Positions 54,868 to 64,000 of a DNA stretch of 64,000 nt are shown piece after piece. The DNA is taken from positions 67,580,001 through 67,644,000 of the forward strand of contig OX597820.1 of the NCBI GenBank assembly GCA_951406725.2, read 5' to 3'. The notes under the pieces are model-generated. The model was given only the letters and a program-made list of their open reading frames with translations, did no database searches and had not been told where the DNA came from. The stretch comes from Octopus vulgaris (lineage: Eukaryota). Positions within the stretch are counted from its first letter, which is position 1; each line of letters opens with the position of its first letter. Both the position numbers and the translations under genes were made by a program.

Positions 54868-55326
54868 GCATATATATATACACACATATATATGTGTGTG
54901 TGTGTGTGATTGTGCGTGCATGTGTGTGTATGTAAATATGTAATTATGCATGCATATGTAAGTATGTATATATATATGTATGTATGTTTGTGTAATTTTC
55001 ATTACACAAAATGGCCGTGAAGAAACCTAAATGTAGTTATTATGTGGGCTGACTTCCTGAAACTTGTGTGAACAATTGTATGAGAGAGGAAATAAAGAAT
55101 GCCAAGATTTAAACATCAAAGTAGCCGCTACTGGTATCATTTCTCAGACAACAAGAGACGTGGAGAAACGAGAACAAACAAATAAATATTTAAATAAATA
55201 AATAATAATGTTAATGATAATGATAATGACAATAATGATGATTTTTTAGTAACAACAACAAGAGCAACAGCAACAACAACAATAATAATAATAATAATAA
55301 TAATAATAGTAATAATAATAATAATG

Positions 55327-55378
<52 letters not shown>

Positions 55379-56256
55379 TAATAATACAATCAGACACAAG
55401 CATAGAGAATAAATGAATGCCCGTTATATTCGGAAGATTTTACAGACAGGCGTAGAAAATAAACCTTTCGTATATTCATTGTTCGTGAGGTAGGCGGTAG
55501 TAAAATGAAAAATAAAAAGTGAGAAAAAAAATACTCCGAAAATAATATAGAAAGGCACAGACACGGAGATGAGAGAGGAGAAAGGAGAGAGAGGGAGAGC
55601 GGGTGAAGGTTATAGGCGGAAAGCTATTTGTGAATCTATTGATTGTTCTTTAGGGGGTTGTGTGCACGAAATTAGAGTCTTTTGTGTGAGTGAGGTAAGC
55701 TTCGGTTTTAAGTATTACATTGGGTAGCATTAACACCTTGCTTTAGCGCAGTGGATCCTAACGGGATAAGCAGAGGAGCGGAGAGGGTAAGGGTACACGC
55801 AAAATACACACGTGCACTGGCACTCGCTTACATATACAGGCACGTATTAAAAAAGACGACATAATCACACGTACGCGCGCGCGGCAACATACGCATAAAT
55901 ACACACACACACACACACACTCACACACACACTCTCACACACGCACACAAGCATACAGACACGACGCACACGTACGCACATAGAACGTAGCACCTTTGCA
56001 AAGCACAAATATATACGAGCATGTATACACGCGTGGGTCTGCATGAATGTATGTATGTATGTATGTATGTATGTATGTATGTATGTATGTATGTATGTAT
56101 GTATGTATGTATGTATGTATGTCTGTCTGCATGCATGCATGTATGTATGTATGTATGTATGTATGTATGTATGTATGTATGTATGTATGATGTCTTTGTG
56201 TGTGTATGTGTGTGCCTATATGTCTGCTTTGAATCGGTAATACATATGCATAGACA

Positions 56257-56354
<98 letters not shown>

Positions 56355-57453
56355 CCTGTGTCTGTCTGTCCATACGCACACACTCTCTGTCTTCCACGCA
56401 TGCATACATATCTATCTATATGCATGTTAATAGAAATAAATATCCTTCAAATACAGCGGGTGTAAAAAGGTTCGTGCAAGGAAAGTTTTGTTGATTGCTC
56501 AATATGCATATTTGTCATCATCGTCATCGTCGCCGTCATCATCATCATCGTCGTCGTCGTCATCATCATCATCATCATCGTCATCATCATCATTATCATC
56601 ATCATCATCATCACTAGCATCACTATACCTCCTCCTCATCTTCCCCTCCTTCCCTCCTCTTATGTATGTAGTTATATATGTGTTTGTGTGTGTGTATATA
56701 TACATACATATATATATATACACGCATATATTATACATTTTCTTTATGTATACATATATACACACACACGTGCACGTACACACAATCACAAGAGCACATA
56801 CACATATAATTACAATTAAACAGAGTAAACGACCTGGTGTGTGTGTGAATGGGGAGAGAGGGTGCGGGGAACAAGTTTACTTAATCATTACAAGTCGTAG
56901 CTGGTACCCTGAGCACGACCATGGCAAGGGTGGGGTTCTACCCAGGGCAACAATAACGACTTTGGGCAGTTGTAAATTAAATCGCAGCACTTTTTCGCAT
57001 CACTTATTAAAGATCTTGCAATCAAAAGAACACAAAAATAACAAAAAAATTACAAGAAATTCATTTGCACAATTTATAGACTGATAAACAAGCGTCACAG
57101 ATTCATCTGTTTCTGTCACTCCTTCCCTCTCTCCCCTTCTTTGTCTCTTACATATACACACATATATATATACACACACACATATATATGTATGTATGTA
57201 TGCGTGTGTGTGTATATATATCTAAAATAATAAATACCGCCCCCCCCCAAATACGAAGAACAGATACAAGAAAAAAACAACAATGCGAGGACGTGGTACA
57301 TGCAATGTATTAGCTGACGCTCATGGAAGGAAAGAAAGGTGGTTTAAAGTTTCGAGCAAAGCTCTTCTTCAGAAACAGGAGACAGAGGAAATTCCAAGAT
57401 ACAAGGAAGACGGACAAAAAAATCGTCAACGATTCACATATAGTAACATTTTG

Positions 57454-57486
<33 letters not shown>

Positions 57487-57558
57487 AGAGTAAGCCCATG
57501 AATGTGAAACAAGGTGGAAAAAAATAGTACTCGAATACTTGAGGTAGAGTATTATGCC

Positions 57559-57642
57559 TTATTATTAAAACTGCAAAAACATCACAAAAATATCACAAAA
57601 ATCTGCGAGTTTTTGCGATATTTTAATGATACTTTTGCAGCT

Positions 57643-57652
<10 letters not shown>
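57559..57652. repeat. Inverted repeat (about 43-bp arms) at the end of a TA-flanked repeat fragment (57485-57652)
   Basis: ttattattaaaactgcaaaaacatca.aaaatatcacaaaa / ttttgcgatatttt..tgatacttttgcagctttaataataa. Confidence 0.8.
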
Positions 57653-57685
<33 letters not shown>

Positions 57686-57761
57686 TGATGATGATGAATA
57701 TATATATATATATATATGAATATGTACGTATATATATATATATAAATATATATATATATAA

Positions 57762-58353
<592 letters not shown>

Positions 58354-58376
58354 CACGCATAAATATCTACTATGTA

Positions 58377-58431
<55 letters not shown>

Positions 58432-59258
58432 CTATAAAAGATCAGATGCTGTTAATAATTATCTTGCCAGTGAATTTAAAAATACACTCGTAGCTGGCAT
58501 CGTCAGACTGAACCAAATAACTTTTCCATCGTTTAGGATAGGATCTTTTAAGCGATTAATTGGAGATAAAAATATATCAATTCTGAAACTTAAAGATATA
58601 GATTGCGTTTCGTGAGCAGTATTAACAATCGCTCTAGTTAGGTCCTATAATGCTTATACAACACTTCACTGAGCCTTTCCACCATATTGGCATGATTCAC
58701 TGACAAGCCAAGGTAAGATACTTATGTCAATAGGGATTGGAGATTACCTGAAGATCATATCGCACATCATCTTCAAGTGGCATTGAACATTTTCAAAATG
58801 GGTAAAGCCATTCGCTGCATCGACCATATTATCATTTGTGTAACCCTGAGTCAGGGCGATTGTCAGTGCTACTGGTTATGCGTAAACCGCACAAATTGTT
58901 TTCTCGTCGGGTCACTGGTAATTAAGCTGACATCCTTTTCAAGCATTCCCTGTGAAAATTGTTGCCGGGCAACAAATGACAAAACAAACTATTTAGTAAT
59001 TGGATTGATAGATTCAGAAGGGAATCAATGATTAGCTACTAATAGAGTAAAGACTAATAATTTCCGGATCGGTGTTTGGCACGCTACAAGACTACTGGGT
59101 ATGAAGCTTTACCGAATTTCGATTGAATCATCTCTGGATCCAAGTACTGAAATTGTAATGATTCTAGAGAGAAATTTGGCGGATGGCCCTAGGTTTATTC
59201 ACGTCTGTGTTTGCTGCCAACGTCCGTCTTCATTATTTTGAATTACACACACACGCGC

Positions 59259-59333
<75 letters not shown>

Positions 59334-59405
59334 TGTGTGAGAGAGAGAGTGTGAGAGTGAGGGATTAAGAGCGAAATAGATCGATATATATGTATGTATA
59401 TATGT

Positions 59406-59463
<58 letters not shown>

Positions 59464-59541
59464 CTTTAATTGTTCCACGTCCTGCGTTGCTGTGTTTTTT
59501 TCTTTTTTTTTCCCTTTTTTTCTGTGTTTTCTTGTTTGGAT

Positions 59542-59583
<42 letters not shown>

Positions 59584-60137
59584 TACAACATTACATGCAC
59601 ACACATATATGTATGCAGACACATGATAGCATATTGAAAATTGAATTCAAAGTTTCGCGTGTGACCGTCGATTACGCAATACAGTACATCGAATACTGAC
59701 ATAAGCTCACACATGCAAACACACATATTTATATAACATGACATACATCATTTATTTATATGTAAATATATGCATACATTTATATGTAAATATATGCATA
59801 CAAACTCAAACGCAGAAACACGAGTGTGTTGACTCTGGATGTTTATAGTCTGTGAAACTGATTCGCAAAATACTTTTCAAAGTTACTGATGGTTTAATTA
59901 AGTTTACCTTTAAACCATAAACAAACTTTGGAATCTATAATTAAATCGTATTAAATCAATGAATTTAAGATGTATGTGTCGTATAATGAATCCTGATTTC
60001 GTTTAGGCTTTGAAATCTTCAATCTATCGCTTTAATCATTTTATTTCTCTTGAGAATTAAAGTTTCCTAAGAATTTATTCGGAAGAAATCCTATCAATTG
60101 AAAATACAATTTGTTGCCAACAAGTAACAGAATGCCT

Positions 60138-60465
60138 TATAGCCTATAAAAAGGATGGCACTAATCACAATAGATCTGGATAATTTATAAGAAAGTCACT
60201 ATCAACTTGTAAAACGATAAGAGTTGAATTCGAATATATTTGGTTATCCTAGCGTCTGATGAAATTACGAAATCTTACACGATCTATCAAATTGTTGTAT
60301 GTGTCTACGTCAATATATATAAGTTCTTGATGAGCTTTTGATAAATTCTTGAAACCGGTTGGAATGTAAAAAGATTTAATATACCTAAATGAAATACTAT
60401 ACCAGGTTTTTGTCTTTTAATTTTTCTAAGAAAATAATTACAAGTGTTTTAACTTTATTGCGCAT
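60138..60465 (+). repeat. Diverged direct repeat, copy 1 (copy 2 at about 61663-61985); possible Penelope 3' region
   Basis: tatagcctataaaaaggatg.cactaatcac..ctgatgaaattacgaaat..ggaatgtaaaaga is shared. Degenerate hammerhead ttgatga..GAAAccggTTggaa at 60323-60365. Confidence 0.75.
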
Positions 60466-60669
60466 TTTCACCCCACCCCAAATATATGTGTGTGTGCGTC
60501 TGTATGTATTATGCACTTATATGTATGTCTGTGGTTCTTTTCTAGTGATTAATTTCATAATGTAGTGATGTGTACAAACGATTTCAAAGCATTTTTTACT
60601 TTGCTCTTAGGAACCAGTTTTGACATTGACTTCTCACTGATTTTCCTAATCGTTTTATAATTTCCTTTT

Positions 60670-60880
60670 CAGAGATATTAAATCGACCCCAATACATGAA
60701 TTGTACTTTATTTTATCGACTCCCGTGATTAATTAGTATTTTATTTTATAAATCTCCTGGAAAACAGAAAGGTAAATTTGGTCCCGGTAGGATTTGAACC
60801 CAGACCGTAAAGAGCCGTAACCAAAGTGCGTTTAGTATTTATTTTGTGCAAGGGTCTGTTGATTTTGCCAATCAACGGCG
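60670..60880 (-). mobile_element. Old SINE B-like remnant
   Basis: aatcgacccca..gtacttt.attttatcgac..gaaaggtaaattt..ggatttgaacccagaccgtaaagag. Confidence 0.6.
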
Positions 60881-61079
60881 TTACATTTGACTAGACAGAA
60901 CCTATCATACCATATTTTAGTCAGGTCAGCTAATGATTTCTTAATCACATTAACGACCTTACTCCTAAGTCAAACGAAAGACCCTCTAACTGGTCGCATG
61001 AGATACTAGAAATAGCAGCTATATTTTCCCAAAGTTCACACCATACAATATTTTTAAAACGACGTGCACAGACAACCTA

Positions 61080-61495
61080 GGGATCTTTTCGGTTTGAACG
61101 GCAGTTTTTTCTAGCGGTGTCATATGAAATTGTCACCCATGATTATGACCCTAGTATCGATCTATTGCATTTCAATCTGTTTTAGGGTTAGGGGTGGGGG
61201 GAAGGGTATCTTCTTTTCTTCACAAATGTAAATAAACCCAATCTGTTTCTTAAACGAGGGACATATTCATACGACACAATGTTTTTTTTTTACCTCAATA
61301 GACGTCACTGATTGGTTGAAATTGCAGAAATTGAAGAAAAAAAAAGAACAAATATCTTACAAACTATAGAATTTTTTCAATAAAGCCAAGAGAAAAAGAT
61401 GTTTTATAAAGACATTATACCAGTATACGAAGTTTAAAATTTTTTAGTTACCTAGAAATTATGTTAAAAACTGCCGTTCAAACCGAAAAGATCCC
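61080..61495. mobile_element. MITE, 416 bp, with perfect 30-bp TIRs
   Basis: gggatcttttcggtttgaacggcagttttt / aaaaactgccgttcaaaccgaaaagatccc; internal ttagggttagggg; no clear TSD. Confidence 0.92.
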
Positions 61496-61662
61496 AATAT
61501 GGTCCCTGGTTAGCAAAATGAGTTGATGGTTTTGGTCAACTCATTGGGCCGATTGAGAACCAAATAGTGGCAGAAAAAAATCAGGTCTTCAAACATGGTT
61601 GCAATACTTCAGTAATATTCAGTTATCCATGATATGGACAACTATAAGGTCGTAGAAAGCTC

Positions 61663-61985
61663 TATAGCCTATAAAAAGGATGACACTAATCACGATAGAT
61701 CTGGATAATTTATAAGAAAGTCACTATCAACTTGTAAAGCGATAAGAGTTCAATTCGAATATATTTCGATATCCTAGCAGCTGATGAAATTACGAAATTT
61801 ATACAACGATCTATCAAATTGTGTATGCCTATGTAAAATATATATAATATATCAGCTTTTGATAAACTCTTGATCAGCAAAATATGCTGGAATGTAAAAG
61901 AATTTAATTTACCTAATGAGATACATCCGTTTTATGTCTTCATTTTTCTAAGATTACAAGATTTTAAACTTTATAGTGCATTTTC
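61663..61985 (+). repeat. Diverged direct repeat, copy 2 of 60138-60465
   Basis: See copy 1. Confidence 0.75.
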
Positions 61986-61991
61986 CGCCTA

Positions 61992-62069
<78 letters not shown>

Positions 62070-62768
62070 AAGAGTGAAATGAGTTCGAATGATGTTCATA
62101 CTCAAAAATGAATGACAGAATGACAGGTTTAATGTATCACACAGCTTGATACCACCATCAGATGGTTGAGTACCTTTAGTAGAATTCACTGTTGCAAGCA
62201 TTCAGGTTGGGTTTCAACTATGAAGATAAATTCTTGCCTTCCTCCGGCAGTCTCGGAAGAACTGGAATATAGTGGCATAGGAACTGCTTCTCTCATTAAA
62301 TCTAGATTTTTCTTACAAATAAGAATGTATACATCTCAATCAACTTTCTTATGAACTCTTGTTCAATTTCTCTTTCCTAGATATTAGTTATTTGTTAAAA
62401 CGAACAAAAGAAACTATATATATATATGTGTGTGTGTGTGTGTGCGTAAAATAACAGTATTGAGAAAATCATTGGTTTTATATATATAGCGTGATGTCAC
62501 GCTTGATTTAGACAGTGGCACCTACAGACCGAACCGCAAACCGAATGATAGACTATCATAAATTAATACATCCATACATAACAAACGCTCGAATATAGTC
62601 ACATAAACCCATACATATAGACACAGTAAACACGCACACAAGGAGACAGAGGTACACACACAAATACATACAGACAAACTCACACGCACACATATGCATA
62701 TATGCATACACATACATGCACATACACACAAATACATACATACATACATACATACATACATACATACA

Positions 62769-62799
<31 letters not shown>

Positions 62800-63006
62800 G
62801 TGTATACCTATGTACACTGACGCACACACGTGCGCACAAACAAACAAATAAACAAACAAAAAGAATGTAGCTCTAATAACGAGCGGAGTTGCGGAGTTAA
62901 GGTTGCAAGACAGAACGAAAATTTTAGAAAAAATAAGTAAATAGTGTAAATCAAACTGGTGAGTGTATTAAATTATATGGCCCTAAAAGAGAATGACTCC
63001 CCAGAC

Positions 63007-63069
<63 letters not shown>

Positions 63070-63314
63070 CAACTGTAACTATATAGCGTTACAACTATGA
63101 TGTTGTTGGTAAAACATGTTCTTTGTCTATCTCCTTATCCTCTTGAAGATTTTGGGTAAAATTATACTAATGTGTCCTTCTGATTTAATTAAATTCTATG
63201 TCTTTGTGCCAGCTGAAGATTGGTCTACATTTTAAATTGATGCATTGTTCAATTAAATGGAGTCGCATGAAACGATCGTACTGCATTACCTCTGGATATC
63301 CTTGTTGCTTATTT

Positions 63315-63372
<58 letters not shown>

Positions 63373-63395
63373 GTATATCTATATATCTATATCTG

Positions 63396-63444
<49 letters not shown>

Positions 63445-64000
63445 GAATAGATTTCAGTGACAATATATGAATTCAAGTAATTTGGTAGTACTCATCAAAA
63501 GCTCTTTAATGTATCATTCTGCAAAACATGCATAATATATAATATGATAGAAGAGAAAATGATAAAGGTTGTATAAAGTTATAAATGACATAGAAATAGT
63601 TTGTTGAAATTTTATCTAACAACAAGAAAATTCTAATATTTGATTTTGCATTAATGCAGACATGTAAGTAATTTATTTATTGTTAAATATAATGATATAA
63701 ATCCTTTACATGTTTTAAGTTACGAAACAAATTGTCGTGATATTTGAATTTTTATTTTTAACTAAAATTTCATTAAACTATTTTTCTGTCATTTTTTACT
63801 CTATACACACACACACACACACAAAATATGTGTGTGTGTGTATTTGTGTGTATGATTGTGAATACATATATATTATTGGCATCAATACACAACCTACTCT
63901 CATATAATTACGTACTACTTAGAAATGAAATAATTTTTACGTTACGCTATTATTAATTTCTATAATTACAATATATTCAATAGTTAATTTCACAAACGTT

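Noticed and set aside
58455-58512. Minus-strand ctgacga-tgccag..ctggca hammerhead candidate
   Set aside because: Stem II is good, but GAAA is replaced by agata and stem I does not close; at best a relic.
61181-61200. Interstitial telomere
   Set aside because: Only two TTAGGG units, inside a MITE.

Overview
AT-rich eukaryotic intergenic or intronic DNA with no credible host protein-coding exon. The SINE families and extreme (TA)n/(CA)n/(TACA)n/(TCTA)n/(AAT)n/(GAT)n microsatellite load point to an octopus (coleoid cephalopod) genome; this is inferred from recognition of the repeats, not from a search. Nearly all supplied ORFs are microsatellite read-through. The explicable content is mobile DNA: about 12 copies of tRNA-derived SINE family A (internal microsatellite), about 10 of SINE family B (some as a two-tailed heterodimer with TSDs), three decayed mariner transposases, two R4/Dong-type LINE 3' ends, CR1/L2, RTE, L1/Tx1-like and Penelope RT fragments, a non-autonomous Helitron, two MITEs, an LTR+PBS remnant and a 100-N gap. 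The most interesting signal is a set of small non-coding elements, mostly sitting in microsatellites, that carry minimal type-I hammerhead ribozyme motifs (7287, 16698, 18770, 57963 on minus; degenerate at about 9040, 25258, 60323). Two have near-perfect partial-tandem direct repeats, and three other such islands are long hairpins. Together these suggest a diverse, TA-associated population of non-autonomous Penelope-like or retrozyme-like elements. All coordinates and alignments were read by eye.
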